From Patellaria atrata CBS 101060 (lineage: Eukaryota), in contig MU006097.1 in assembly GCA_010093705.1 (NCBI GenBank), positions 631,905-695,904 of the forward strand: 64,000 bases of DNA, written 5' to 3'. Below, piece after piece: positions 23,061-37,400 of the stretch. The notes under the pieces were generated by a model. That model made no database searches and was not told where the DNA came from. It saw only the letters and a list, made by a program, of their open reading frames with translations. The position numbers and the translations under genes were made by a program. Position 1 is the first letter of the stretch. Every line of letters starts with the position of its first letter.

Positions 23061-26000
23061 TATCGCTCGTGTATGTGTGGATACCTTGAACTTTCCACCG
23101 CTAAAGAGCCTTTGCCGGAAGAAAAGCCCAGCTTACGCAAACAAAGAAAAAGTCTCCACCTAGGCCCATTCATCACCATGATGCGTCGACTCCGATGTTC
23201 AATAAATGTATGAGACTTTTTAAAAAGTTGTCTTTGCCACGTTCGCATGGGTGGACGGAAGTCCTTCTCGGAAGATCGTATCGGAACTTGTCATGCCGAA
23301 GGCTTGTAACATCAGATATTGAGAAATATCCTCTGGGAAGGCAATATGCCAGACTTGCCAACCTAGCACCCTCCCAGCGGAGGCGCTCAAGGCAATGATT
23401 ATTTGATTATTTCCAATCAGTCATGAAACATATCACAGGTAAGGAGCAGCGCTTGTGGCCCAGCTCACCAGGCTTCTTGAGTCCCGTCTTGACCTGCATG
23501 TTGTCGCCTGACGGAAAGATGTGAGGAGCCATGGGAGACTTGGGATGGTGGGACGCAACTGAATCAATGAAAACGAGAAGCCGTCGTGTATGGTAGCGGC
23601 TGGCCAGGCCGATTTCCAACAACCCACTCCCGACTACAAGACGATCGAATATTCGTTCCGTACGGATACAGTGCTATGTATCACGTCGACCGGCACCAGA
23701 CGGACAGGATCTTAATCGATACAGCGATACTCTTCGACTAAGGTAGCTCGTAGTTTTTAATCCGACCCCACAGCCAGCCTTCTCCGCCGTCATACAATCA
23801 GCCTGCAAGTTGCAACATGGCATCATTTGCATGACAGCTAACTCTGCGACACGGTTTCTAGGCCTGAATTATCCAACCTTCAGCGAGTATATCGCCCCGC
23901 AATCATAATGAGGCTGACAGATGTTTTACGAGGCGCCTACTAGACGACAACTTGAAGACTCAAGGGACGCACAGTCTACTTCTACGCACAGCTCTAGCTG
24001 CGCTGTACGGTCAAAGCAACGAGCTGACCGTTCTATGAACCTCCTGCATCCTCAAATCCGAATCAGGAATATTCAAGTTGATGAAGCTGGCTTCGCTTCT
24101 CCCAGTCAAATCGTCGAATATTCATTGGCAGACTCGTTCTATATTTCTCAAAAATTCGAATGGAATCAAGATTCAGAGTCAAAGCCGGCTCATAGGGCGT
24201 AATGCCGTTAAAGGCTCTGGGTCTGCTGGGTGTGCCTTATTATACACCCCACGCTGGCCTGGCACCTGCCATCTATAGTGCACCAGATGCACCTCCCGGA
24301 TTCGGTAATAACGTCTCTTTCAAACAATCTTCTGCCATCTGATGGTGTACAGTAAGGGTGCTTGTTGTGCTTTGTTTTTCGTTGCCTTATTCGCATCCTT
24401 CATGGTCATGCAACTTTCCTCACTCTCGCATATGATTGATGTGCAGCCAAAGTGCTGACAAGCTTGACCTTCCTTTCTTTACCTTCTAGAGCAATATTCA
24501 ACGTGAGTCTATATGAGCTGCAGCTTTCCGCAATTAACCTACGACGTCGTGACATAAGTTGCCCGGGGTCCAATTTCCGGTACATAGGCGCCTCTATCTC
24601 GGATCCAGCGGACGGGCAAGAAAGACGAGGTATACGGACACTGTCCGGGGACCTTGAAAGACTTCCCTCCCGCACTTCTTCCACATATGCAACCTCAATA
24701 ACTGCAGTTATTGATCCGAGCTTTTGACGAACGTATAAACAAATTCTCTCATTCTACACGACGAACTCTATTTAGCTATCTTACCGTAGAGGAAATGCGG
24801 ATCTCCCGCAAGCAGTCATGGCATTTCTATCCCATTCAATTTCCGCGAAGATGATGCTGACCGAAGTCCGTATTCTCTGGTAGATGTTTCTTCATTCGAA
24901 TTACCGACTAGGGTCACAGTTATTAAGAATATCTGAAGGTAGGGCAATATTCGACCTCTTATGGCAGGTAACACAGTCTTCTCGAAACCCGTCCATTTCT
25001 CTTTTTCGAGTCTCAATTCAGCAATCTCATCATCCTTCCGTGCTAGGGTGTCTCATAGTGATGTTGAAGAACAAGCCATGATGTTTTTCTCGAATCCGCT
25101 ATGGGGACTTACCATGAAGTTATTCAGGGAAATCAATACATCTCTTCTCTTTTGTAATCTTACGGAAAGGTTGACTTTCGTTCAAAAAAATCATATGATT
25201 CTATCCTCCAGGCCTCCACTTAATGTAGTACAAACCCACCAACTTCGGTTCTGAATTCGTATCCCTCGGTCAAGAATCGTTCCACAAGAACCACATGCGA
25301 TACCAACATCCGTCGAGTCCAAGAATTATAAAACCATGGATTTGACTTTTCCCCGGCAAGCATCTTGACGGTGGCTTTCAGGATATTCAAAACAAAAATA
25401 AAACAAAGGGAAAGGGCTAACCATAGTTCACTCCAATCTACCAACAAAACTACGTCGCATGGGAACAGCATGACACTCTTCACTTCCCCTAATCGCACCG
25501 TCAGAGAATCATCAAACTTACCAGATACTACCTACGTTGACAGCCCATGATCTAGAGATATATGCCAAGTTCCCCCCCACCACCGCTCATGAAGCAGTTC
25601 CATATCATCCCCTCCCAGTATTGACACTCTCCACACTCGCCCGGTTCTCCGAATCCATAAATGGACTCTACAATCCCCATCCCTTTCCAACAGCACGCAT
25701 CCTGCACATCTCATATACACGATAGACTCCCTAACCTCTCCACGTCTCTGACCCGGTCTAGATCGCGTACCTAACCGCGCCTCGCTGCAGCCAGCCGATG
25801 CCTTCGGCGAGGAGAGACTAGCCAGACAACATGGATGGTTCAGCGGCGTACCATGGGGAGATGATGCGGGAAACCGTGGACGGGATATGTGGAGATCGTG
25901 AGGGACGGGGGGTTTGGGGGGGCGGGGGCCGTGGAATCATCTGGAGGATGGTGGAGCGCACATATCTTTCTTTCGTGCCGTGAGTGGCGGTACTCGACTT

Positions 26001-26560
26001 CTGTTGCTTGTGATGTGGTCACTGGTGGGTTGGGAAGCTGAGTGGGGACGGATGTCTGTTGTTAGTATGGTTGAAGGCTTCTGTGCGGTTGAAGGTTCTA
26101 TAAGGTTGAAGCTTCATACGGTTGCATCTGCTACACACTCGAAACTCATCAGTAAATTGGCGACGCTCTGTACATTTCCTGATATCCTGTACGCTGAAGT
26201 CCGAGAACCTTCAAACACTAGGCGTACGCAGCAGATCTATATTATGAGATTCCTCGCGCAGGGCTCCGATTTCCTTCCAATTTTCCAAATTTCTGTACAG
26301 CAGAGTCAGAGAAACAGGCAAAGTTGAGTGTACAGTATGCGTAGAACGCGTCCGCATGGAAAGCGACGAGTTCGACAGCAATGGTGCCTTACGAGTAAAC
26401 GTCCCTATGTGCAGACATCACCGTGAAAACGGCACTACGGCACTACCAACCAAGACTGCCATTCAATATCGATAACAACACAAACCCGGGCTCCACGCTC
26501 TTTCCTCACCATCTCATCCAACCTAACCCCCCCCCTTCCCCTCCAACCCTCAACCCGTCC

Positions 26561-27640
26561 CTACCACAACATATTCTCCGCCTTCGCCACCGCCGCCGCC
26601 CTCTTCTTCCCATCCACCTTCTTCCTCCCCCCGGGCGCCTTAAAATACAAACTCGGCCCCTGTCCCCGCGCGACCGTGTGCGCAAGGTACCCCCTATGCT
26701 CCGGATCGCGATAATACTCCATGTGCTTCCTGCTCGTCGCGTCGGGGAGGCGATACGGGAACACTGCGTCACGAGCGCCGAGGATTTTACGGGCATCGGG
26801 GGACGGGGCAAGGGGACCTTGGAGCAGGGAGCCGTGCGACGCGGCGAGGGAGGTCGTCGGGTCGATTAGACCGCGTAGGATGGGAGTTATGGAGGTGCGG
26901 GAGTAGTATCGTGTTGAGATTGTGCCGCCGGCGGATTCGATGGCGGAGATTGCGGCGGTCGAGGCGCGGGAGACGAGGATTGTTATGGGGGTTGTGAGTT
27001 TGTCTGCGTTCTGGGGGAACGTTAGGTTAGCTGGTATGGTGAGGGAAGGAGGTGGAAGGGGAAGGCGTACTCGAGCGAGCAGCTTGACGCCATCTTTGAT
27101 GCCGTGGAGACAGCGGGACTCGTGGAGTTCTTTTATTGTGATGGGGCGGGAGGGGTCGAGGCGGCCTTGGTCGATCCAGTCTTGGACGCGGTCGAGGTTG
27201 AGGGGTACGAGGTTCGCGGAGAAGCTAGGATTCAGTATCAGTGTCAGTGTTGTCTTCGAGTCTTCGGTTCTCAATGCTGGAGGTTGCTAGGAGGTTATTG
27301 TTATCGTGTAGACATACTGTTGCACGAATCCTCTCGTCCCATGCACGACTTCATCGGGCGTCTGTCCTCCATTGAACCGTCCATACGCCGTCATTGGTAC
27401 TTTGCCACGCGCCTTCTGACCCTTTTGACCACGGCCTGATGTCTTGCCCTTTCCGGACGATGGACCGCGTCCTCGTCTGATGCGCTTGTTTAGGGAGGCA
27501 TTGTCATTGAGGTTAGAGAGGATGCTGGCGGCGCGGGATTGGGTCTGAGGGTGGAGGAAGGGGAGAAGGAATGGCGAGATTGATGTCGAGGGCGCGCTCA
27601 GCGGTGTTAGGGCTCGTAAGAGCTTTAATCGGGGTGGCAT
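26561..27640 (-). CDS. MRPL10: Mitochondrial ribosomal protein uL15m; exons 27640-27318, 27224-27071, 27010-26561
   Basis: Presequence followed by [71 protein letters not shown]. Two canonical introns give a 927-nt frame. Confidence 0.93.
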
Positions 27641-28461
27641 CGTGGTAGTGGGTTTGGGAGTGATCTTCGCTCCATGATCGTCCAAGAGTGGAAGATTTCA
27701 GATCACGTGCAAGATTAGGGACGCTAACCCCTTTCGAGCATAACCATCAGAATAACTGAGAACAACTGTCGAACCTCAACAACATAGTTCAAACGCAAAG
27801 ATTTCAAGGATGGCGAAATCTAGCTAGGTGTATGCTGTGGAGGAAAGCACTATGCTGCTTTTCCCAGTTTAATGGAAGTGTACAGGTAACACCATATATA
27901 ACTCCCCATAAGTTTAGACAGGAAGTTGATATTACTCTAGCAATGAAAATTATAGGTATAAGATCCTCTCCAGGAAACATTTCCTTTGCATTAAATGTAT
28001 AAATTCACATGGTATCCCGATTCTCTAAAAATATCTGCTGTGCTATACCTGATGCAAAAGTCCGAACCCAGTGAACTTTAAGAATTCCCCAGCTCCGATG
28101 GTAGGAAAAAAATCTATTGAGAAATATCCATAGTCTAGATTAACCTCCCCCATCTTTCTATGTAGCTCATGCACATTCAAAATCGCGACGAGTAGCCTAG
28201 TTATCATCATAGGTAGTCATACTTTACCTCATCAGTGACAGGTAGTGGCTGGAAATCTGAACTTGGAGTGGTCCTATCAAGAAAGTCGGTATATCGAATT
28301 CGCTCTGGCGACTAGATAGTTTTACAATAGCAGTCACGACGATACCGCTTGATGGGAAGGATTGCTGCTACGACTATGAGCATTAATCTACATATTGAGA
28401 CTGCCCTACGCGGAGCCTAATGAGCCAACGCACTCCATATTTCCGTAAAATCAATTCCTAT

Positions 28462-31400
28462 CTAAACAGCTTCTTCCTCATCCTCCGATGCATAGAAGGA
28501 TGCATCCTCATCTTCTCCCTCGACAAGCTCATGAGCTTTGCTTAAGGTACCTTCAAACATGAAGTCATAGTCCAATGTACCCTCGTCCGCATTATCCATC
28601 TGTCTCATGTCCTCGCTGGGAGAGCTGGGCCGCACGAATTTCTTAGGGACCTCTTCCTCGTTCGCTTCGGAGAAAAAAGAGTGACTTTCCGCGAGGTGTT
28701 TGCCGTGAGTAATATAGCCGACAGGTGTCTGCACCCAGTCTTGATTCTTACGCCTTGCGGAAACCCAGGCTTCCAAGAATAGGAGCGGTTTCTTGGTGAA
28801 GCGGGTAATATTTTCAGCCACCATAGAATTACCAGTAACCGCTAGATCCTGCCCTTGATTTTGCCCAATTTCCTCAAGTGATTTATCTTCTGTGACGATA
28901 TGTGCACCATCCTCAGGATCGCCTTCACTGCTCGCCAAATGGAAGAAATCAAGAATTTCCTCGTACTCGTCCAATTCGAAATACAGACGTCCAGCGAGGA
29001 ACCCAAGTTGAACTGTGAGCCATTTGGGTGCCTTGAAGTTACCCGGAAAGCTAGGGACAGCACAGAATGAAAGACCATTGAAATGCAGCATCTTCCGCGT
29101 GATAGGCGCGGCATATGTCGCGACATGGACTCCTTGAAGTTTCGCCTCGCGACAGAGGGGGATAAGCTCCTCTGCTTCTTCGGGGCACACAATGAGTGCA
29201 GTTTCTGAAATGGTGCTCCAGAGCACCCAGTTGACTGGTCGCTAATACTATGATCAGATTTATGAAACGACATTGAAAGCTAGACGTGGACTTACTAAGA
29301 ATGTATCGTTTGGTTTTCCAGTTGGGCATATGACCGTCCGAGAGAATTCTATGGAGCAAAACAGGCTCGAAGTAATGGCTTCCGTGTTAACACCAAACTT
29401 GACGCCCACGGCAGTACGTCTGAGAGCGAGGAAAGCATGCTCATATCCTGTTACTCCAACCGCAACATTCCCTGTCTCAACGAAAGTGATTATGTCTCTA
29501 TGGAGTCCTCCGTAAGGGAGGGGGTGGAAGTTGCCTGGCCTTTGCACCTCACGTATGCTCTCTACTTCTACTTCGACGGCTACTTCTCTCTCCTGTTCTA
29601 CTTCTTGTAACGCTGACGCGTGTACAGCCTTACCGGTATCACAGTATGCCTTTCGTCGAGCGGTCAGGTCTTTAACGAATCCGACTAGTGGCCCCGAGAA
29701 CGTTGCTGGCAATGACGGAACACCCATCTTTGATGGGAGCTTCGGTTCGTACAGCTGTTTTAGTGACCGCGTTTCCTTCTGACGTACTACTTCAAGGTAT
29801 GCATCTCGGTGAGGAGCATAGTCTAAGAAATCTGGATTATCCAGCGATGCCTGTATACGCCTGCAAAAGTCCATGCCCATTGAGTGAAAGAGAGGAGATA
29901 TCGTCTCCAGCGCATCACTAGAATTACACAAAAGCCAATGTATTACGTCCGCTGAATCAATAGCCTTCTTGCTTGGCGATTTTCGGACGTCGAGGATGGT
30001 GTGGTCAACTTCTGGAGGGGCGAAGAACGTTACACTTTGCGTTGTCCCCAGTTGCCTGAGTCTCATTGCTGACTGGATTAAGGTATCTTTTTGGAGTGAT
30101 AGTCCTAAGGTTAATGCACCATGGGCAAATTCAGGTAATGGTAAATCTGTGCCCCTTGTGTGCGACTCATCGATGTAGACCAAGACGTCACTCATATTTT
30201 CCACAAAGGGTGTCGCAACGAGCGGTATCTCGGACATATTACTATGACGGTAACGTACTACTGGTTTATTATCGGTATTGAAATATACGACCGCAGGCGC
30301 TTCATTGTCAACCTCTAGCCAATGCTTTGCTATGTCTGAGTTCGACATCTCAAGTATCTGAGCACCGGAGTCAATTAGGACACGGATACCCCGTTGTTTT
30401 AATAGACGGAGGAAGTCAAATTCCGACAGTCGTACGCCAAATCGATCAGCCGCAACCTCGTAGCGTCGATTACGTGGCTGGAGGAGATAAGTCAACACTT
30501 CTGCACTTGTATGCAATAGAGGTGGAAGATCATCTTGTTTTATAGTAAGTGGGAGCATATCCCTATTGTCATTCGTACCAGAGAAGCCAGTGGTCAGCGG
30601 TCGACGGATCTTCGTATTCAATGGGCTCAGTTGATTGTCATTGGAAGCTGGCTTTACTTCTTGCGGCCAACCCCTGACACTGGGTAGATCCCACCCTGAG
30701 GCCTGAATTTTGATACGAAACTGCTTTGCATGCTTCGGAAAGACAGAGTTGTTGAGAAAGAAATCTATCGTCGTTGTATTGAACCGTAAATACTTCCAGA
30801 TCTCTACAATTTGTGAATCATCTTCATGGTTTATGGAAAACCAATCACGTAGGGAACCCGGAATTTGTGGACATGTAGTGATCCAACTTTCATATATTCG
30901 AGAGGGGTCATCGGATCTCGAGACTAATTCAATGCTGTGGCGTACTTCTTCGATATTCATGCCAGCATAGTAGTGAGCAAGAATCGAGAAAAGGATAGAA
31001 ACATCAGGATGACCCCACTCGGACTGTTCAGAAGGGATACCCTTAGCATTATAGGGTACTGCGATGGGATCACGCTTTGGATCTATCCCGTATTGCACAT
31101 TCCAGCGCTTTTTGAGACATAGGAGGAGGATTCTGTGAACAAAGAGACCCCGAAGGAGATAGATGATCTTTCGCAATTCTGGTTTTTCCGGATATAGACC
31201 ACGAATACCATCAACTATATCTTGTGAGACCCTTTCTTGCGAGATAAACTGCTTGATCATAAACCTTTCCGTATCCGAGCATGTTCGCGTCGGGAGAATG
31301 CTGGTTCGTCCGTTACACACATCGGCAACAACCTTTTGCAGTAGTGCGTCTTCAGCATTCTGTTGAAGGAAAAAGGTGAATGGAAAACCCCCACCCTCTC

Positions 31401-34400
31401 GGCGCACTATTTCCATGCTCCTAGGAAATTCCCTTTGCAGATTCCAGAAATGGCTCTCCAAAACGGATAGGAGCGATTCTATGGTTTTCCAACGGTGGGG
31501 ATGTCCATCAACGATCGTTTGATTGCCCGAGGGGAAGCAAAGAGCGGTTCGAGGCGATAATATAAAGTCTGACTCGTCGATTACATCGCGAGCTTGATGG
31601 TCAATCCATTCTTGCACTTTGATCATGGGTCTGCCTTGTTCCAGGTGAGCATCTGAGACATGCTGAATACCACAAAGCTTGAAGGAGAGTAAGTGCTCCG
31701 GCGCAGCAAGTATGACGCCTGACAATTTGGCTGTACGTTTGTGTATCTGGTAGAATATCTTCGTTGTGCCTGGGGAGGCATCTGTCTTTCTTGAATATGG
31801 GATGTGCTTCACCTCACGTCCTACAAGACCCCCCAGACGATGCAAAAGAATCGATGCTGTTTGTGGTAGTAATGGGCGGGGAACTATAATCCTCATAAGA
31901 TTATGCGAGTCAGCAAGAGCGGCTGCGACCATAGGGATTATCATAGATGTCTTTCCCTGTCCCATGTTCATCTGGAGTACAGCATTAGAACCCGACGATG
32001 GGGCGATTGTTGCTAGCGCCACAATAACCTGATCCTCTCGAATGAGTAGGTTTGCATCTAGCTCAAGAAGCAACCAGTCAGGGCGTTCTAGCGGTTTCCA
32101 GTTTACGTGTCCACCATTTCGTTGTTCATCGATCAGCTTCCTCTTGCTGACATGATTTCTTAACTCCTCTATCCTTAGAATACGCTGTAGTGCTGTAATT
32201 TTTACACCATACGCAACGAGAGACTCTTTCATATCCGTACCAAAGATAGTGCATGCTGTAGAACGAAGCTGTTCCAAAAGATTCACTGGGGATGTGCAAG
32301 GCCAGAGGCCACCCCTCTGGAGCCATTGTGCGCGCGGATCTGCGCCCTCGAAAGCTCGACATAGATGAAGGTGAAAGTTTCGTACCGTCTCATGTGCCTT
32401 TGAGATGTCTAAGGTCCGCATCGACACGTCGGGAATGACTCGGGCGGATTCTATCTGCACCTTACAAAACGCGATTAGACTCTGCTTGAGATATGCCGCA
32501 TACTGCTGACGGATCGGTGAGCGTGATGCAGCAACTGTGTCAACTAATTGACGAAGTTCCTGAACCTCCCGTGGCTGAGAGGTTTTCCTGGATCTCTGTG
32601 GAAGAGAATTTCGGTGGATATTCTCTACCAGTTCAATGCATAAGGTAGAGTTAATGTGTGGACAACTCTTAGACATAAGATCCGTTTTCAAACACGGCAC
32701 TTCACCACCTCGCGACCTTAAATAAAGAAATTTTTGAGATCTGAGTAGCTCCGGCAATTGACATGTTTCTCTTCCGCTGCGAGAATTTATGATGAGTTGA
32801 ACTTTGTCGATATATCTGGAGAATTCTAGATTATAAAACAAGCGGCATATATCTGGTCGAAGAATCGTCATCGCTTTATCGAGATGAAGTGAAACGGGAC
32901 TGCAGAACCCATCCAAATTCATCTCCATACAAGGCCACTGTTGAAGCAGAAAATTAGCTACGAGTTTGCAGTCGTCTTGGATTTTCTGTTCGTAAGCATC
33001 TTCCGCAATCTTGAGCTTTTGTCGCGCCTTAGCGCTCAACATAGATCCGAAGATTATTCTCTCGTCAGTAGGATAGGGGATAGCTGCATTTTTCAGAAGA
33101 TCAACAATGTAACCCAGATGTGGGTGCTGCTCGCGGTGAAATTGAGAGTAAGAGGCCCAATTTGGTGGTTCTAATGTCTTCAATTCATCAAACAGCGAAT
33201 ATGCGAGCCACACACGGAGGACATCCATATTGACGGAGTCATTGAACGCAAAAAGAGAAAAAGAAAACATCAACGAGTACTTGTCCTTCTCTACAGTCTT
33301 ACGACAGAATGCTGATACTGGGCCAAATTCAGTGGCGGGATCAACCTCTAGACACCGGTTGAGTGAGAAGAACCCATCGAAGGGACGCTCAAATCCACCA
33401 ATGGTCGCCCAAGACTGCAGTATGCCAAAGATATCAGCAACAGCTTCGATCTGACAAGGCCACGTTCGGATCAAATCTACGACTTGAAAGACATTCACAC
33501 ATTTTTGTTCGCGATGGATGATATGCCTAGAATTGTAGGGGCTGCTCGGAGGCGTGCAGAAAGATTCCCTGTACGCGTTGGCTCGCTCGAAGTAGGATCG
33601 TCGTAAGGAAGAGCGAGTCTGGAGATGCTTAATCCTTGGGCTCTGACTTGTAGGCAACGGTTGAGCTTGCGGCGAGAAAATAGAAAGTTGATCTGAGGTA
33701 GAACGTATTGATTCTATAATATCTGTATAACCTTCGTGTTGTATAGTGGCAGTTAAATTCTGATTCCATGAAACCTTTTGCATACATCTCAAATCGGTCG
33801 GATAGTATTCTCTCCTCGGACTGAGGGCAGCAAGAAGCATTAGGTATTCCTGGTCTTTGGGGTTCAGTGGAGTGTGAGGCTGGCTGTGAGCAGACATCAA
33901 TATATGGAATGCTTCTTCTGTGCCTGTTCGACCGGTGAGAGGGTCGGGGCATACGAACGACGTAAGAGCATGCATCATGGCTTTCTGGTAAAGTATTCTA
34001 GGTTCCATAGCACACGTAATCCGTCCGAGAACAGGATCGATGGTATACTTCAGGTATTTGCCGGTAGGTTCGATTTGTACGCTAACATGCATGCTGTTCC
34101 GCTTGTAGACTGCCAGGCCCATTGGGACGAGAATACTACGCTGAATAGGGTTGACAACGTCTCGGACAACCAAAGTGCTCTGAAGGCCGTAAAAACATCC
34201 AGCATCTTGGTCTGGGTCAATCTCAAACCGTAGTTGAAACGATTCTAGCAATTTAGCACGATTGACGAAGAAATTGAGTTGCATCCGACGTAATTCTACT
34301 GAGAGGGGAAATTTTTCAGGCTGGTACACGGTAATGTGACCCGCTTTCTCAAACCCAACGAATATATCCGTAAACCGTCTAAACAAACGCCCATGAGGAT

Positions 34401-37400
34401 CGACTAAAGTGCTCCCTCTACGATGAGCAGTGCGAGTCATCAGATTAAGGCGCCAGTTTCCCTCGGAAGACGACCATATCCTTGGTTTCTGCCTAATCTC
34501 AAGGACACCTGTTGTAAGATTTAAGAAGTGAACGCACGACTCCAGAAGAGAGAGTGGTAAATCATGGGGGCCAATGGAACTGAAGAATGTTTCGCGTTCG
34601 ATGACTTCTAGCACGCCATTAGACGTGACTGCACGTACAAAAACCTTCTGATTTCGAAATCCAACATGAATTTGATGCCCCGGGATATCGATGGCCAATA
34701 AGTATGTCATGCCGGGAAGAGTCGACGGAAAGACATTAAGGTTAACATCATCCCCAAAAAGCTCCCTTATTATAGGCGCTTTTCGATATTCATCGGACAG
34801 CCTCCCTAGTGGCTGCCCGTTGATGGTAAGATGTCCCTCTAGGACATGTAAACGCACTGTTCGAGGGCCAAGATACTGGCTGTTCACAATCATCTCTGCC
34901 CACAACTGGTTGGGTGGAGCAAGGAAACTAATATTGGAAAAGATCGTTGTTTTCTCATTCATTTGTTCTGGCCACAACTGTTTTAAGGACTGAGCGAGGG
35001 AGTTTGGAAAGCGCCTTAGTGATTGACAAATCAAGGCTCGGATTGACTGGACGGTCTTAACATCTCGTACAACCATATTTCGAAGAGTTTGTGGTAAATC
35101 CCAAACATTGCTGACCATATTGTCTTGAAGAGCAATCGAGGCACCAATGAAGACTGCAAGTGCCCCTTGATCTATCACAGGAGTAGGATCATTATTATAT
35201 GCGTTATGATCACCGGGTTCATCGGTGTAGTCGTATAAAATGTTCATTCCGATCCGGCCAGAAGTGTGCGGTATAGCACCATTCGGGTACTCATGGAGCG
35301 GATCTAGTGGGACATGCGTGTCTTGACCACCTTTAGCGGTTTCTAGGAAGACTGCAAAAGTCCTTCTGCAAAGGAGGGACGCCCATAAAGCATACCGAGA
35401 GTAATTCCGTGCCACTGTTATATTAGTGCTATTTAGAAACTCTTTCTTCAAGAGAGTCGTCCACTGGTAAGTGATTGCTCGTACTGTTTCAATCATGCGA
35501 AACGCATCTCTAGAAACAGATTCTGGGCCCAAACTGTACAGTCGTAGTAACAGAGTGATCAAAATGTCCATACAGTGATTCTCTCGCCAGTTCGAAGAAA
35601 GGACAGATATACGGTCTTTGATAAGATCAGCTAATCTTTCACAGAATGTTATATCCCGGAATATCTTGTGAGCGCGACGTAATATATCGCCCATGTTATG
35701 CTCATCTACCGGGCCTACTTCCAGCGCAAGCCGGCATATCAGGTTTGCAGTCGGTTCCGTAGATAGATTTAAGTTGGACGATCCTAGTTCTGTAAGAATG
35801 GAGAGCCAGCGCCTTGTATAACCGGCGAAAAGTGATTGATATGCCATAAATTCATGCACATTCACACCCATCGGACAACATGTTTGAGATGCAATGACCT
35901 CGTTTGACGATGGACCATACCGATCCACCTGAAAACTTGGATTAGACAGAATAACGGCCAGGGGTGAGGTTGGCGGGATCTGTACTGAAAAGTGGTGAGC
36001 AAAGCTAGGATTTAAGCTCATCTGGCTCACAAAGCTTTGAGTTGTCAGATCAAAGTAAGAGAACGTTAGTCCACATGGTCGACATACGTCTTCAATATCT
36101 AATGAGAGGCATATTGTCAGCAGTGATTTTGGTATTGAAATTAGGTAAGAGAGTTGACTAGTAGCATTCAAGCTAACAAACAAGATTTAACATGCAGGAT
36201 AAATAATCCAAGAGAGTATCAAAATGATATCAATGAGAATAATTTGACATACCGGCAGGAAGCTGAACCGTCGCATAATGGGATGTCAGGAAGGATTTCT
36301 TCGCAGAGCCTAGGGTAATACTAGACGTGACCGTACTCCGGTAAGGGGCCAGTTCAGAGTAATCTCGCAGTAGAACACGAGGTTGGATGGCGGTGGGATG
36401 CGCAGCCTGTCCTATAATTCCAACGATCGTCCAGGTCGCTTCCCGGTAAGCGGTAAAGGCTTTGGGAGCACCCAGTTCGAAAATCGTGGCCTTAGCCTCC
36501 ACAAGTTTGGACGATAAAGGGTGTTCGTGTATATTGATCTTCATCCGTTTTAACACCCTCTCTTTATAGCATGTCGGACATCGTCGTTCATCATGTGCAG
36601 TTTCAGAGGGCAAGGAGTCTGTGACAGTCCAGAGATGCGTGCCCTGAGCAATTTCTTTGGCCAATGCATCGTACTTTGCGGTTAGTTGGACGAGTTCTTC
36701 TCTCTTCGCTTTGCACTTAGCTTCGGCATCAGACTTAATGGTTTCATGCATTTGTTGTAAATGCTGTGACGTATCGAAAAAGCGTTCAGCAAAACAACCG
36801 TCAACCAGTGGACTGAAAATCGTCATCTTATAGGTACATGCAAGATGGCGTTCATCAAGATAGGTTTGGATCCTCTGTAACCGGCGCATGTCTTTGAGGT
36901 GAGGTAGTTGTATGAGGTCCAGTATGCTTGACGTGATCGCTGGGTTGTAACTCATTAGAAGTGGAAAGACCTTCAAAGCAGACTTGTCCATTACCATCCA
37001 GAGCTCAAGTATAAGCAACAAGGCGACACTCAATTGCTCTGGATTATCTTTATACCCCTCGCCTAACTGCTCGACGTACGATTTGATATGGTTCGCCATC
37101 TGAATACAATTTGTAGACTCTGTACAAAGGCTCCTCGTATGTGTCTTTTGCTCTAGTTCAAACTCGAGGTCTGAAAGTGCCGTATACCGTATAACAAATT
37201 GCTGATAACAGGGAGTAGTATTTAAAATTGGGAATGTTGATTGAGTACTATTTCCGCGGGTTAGTTGGATTGAAGAAATCTGCAAGATATGTTCAAGGTG
37301 ATGGCGGCTATTCTTGAGTTTTAAGATCAATTCCTCCTCGCGCGCACGTCTAGGGAGTGGGCGACTAGTCAAAGAGCTCTGATTGAAACCCTGTGGAGGA

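Noticed and set aside
37360..37395. Possible tiny intron in exon 2 of the giant ATPase gene
   Set aside because: The GT..AG span is too short for a typical intron and the frame is already open through it.
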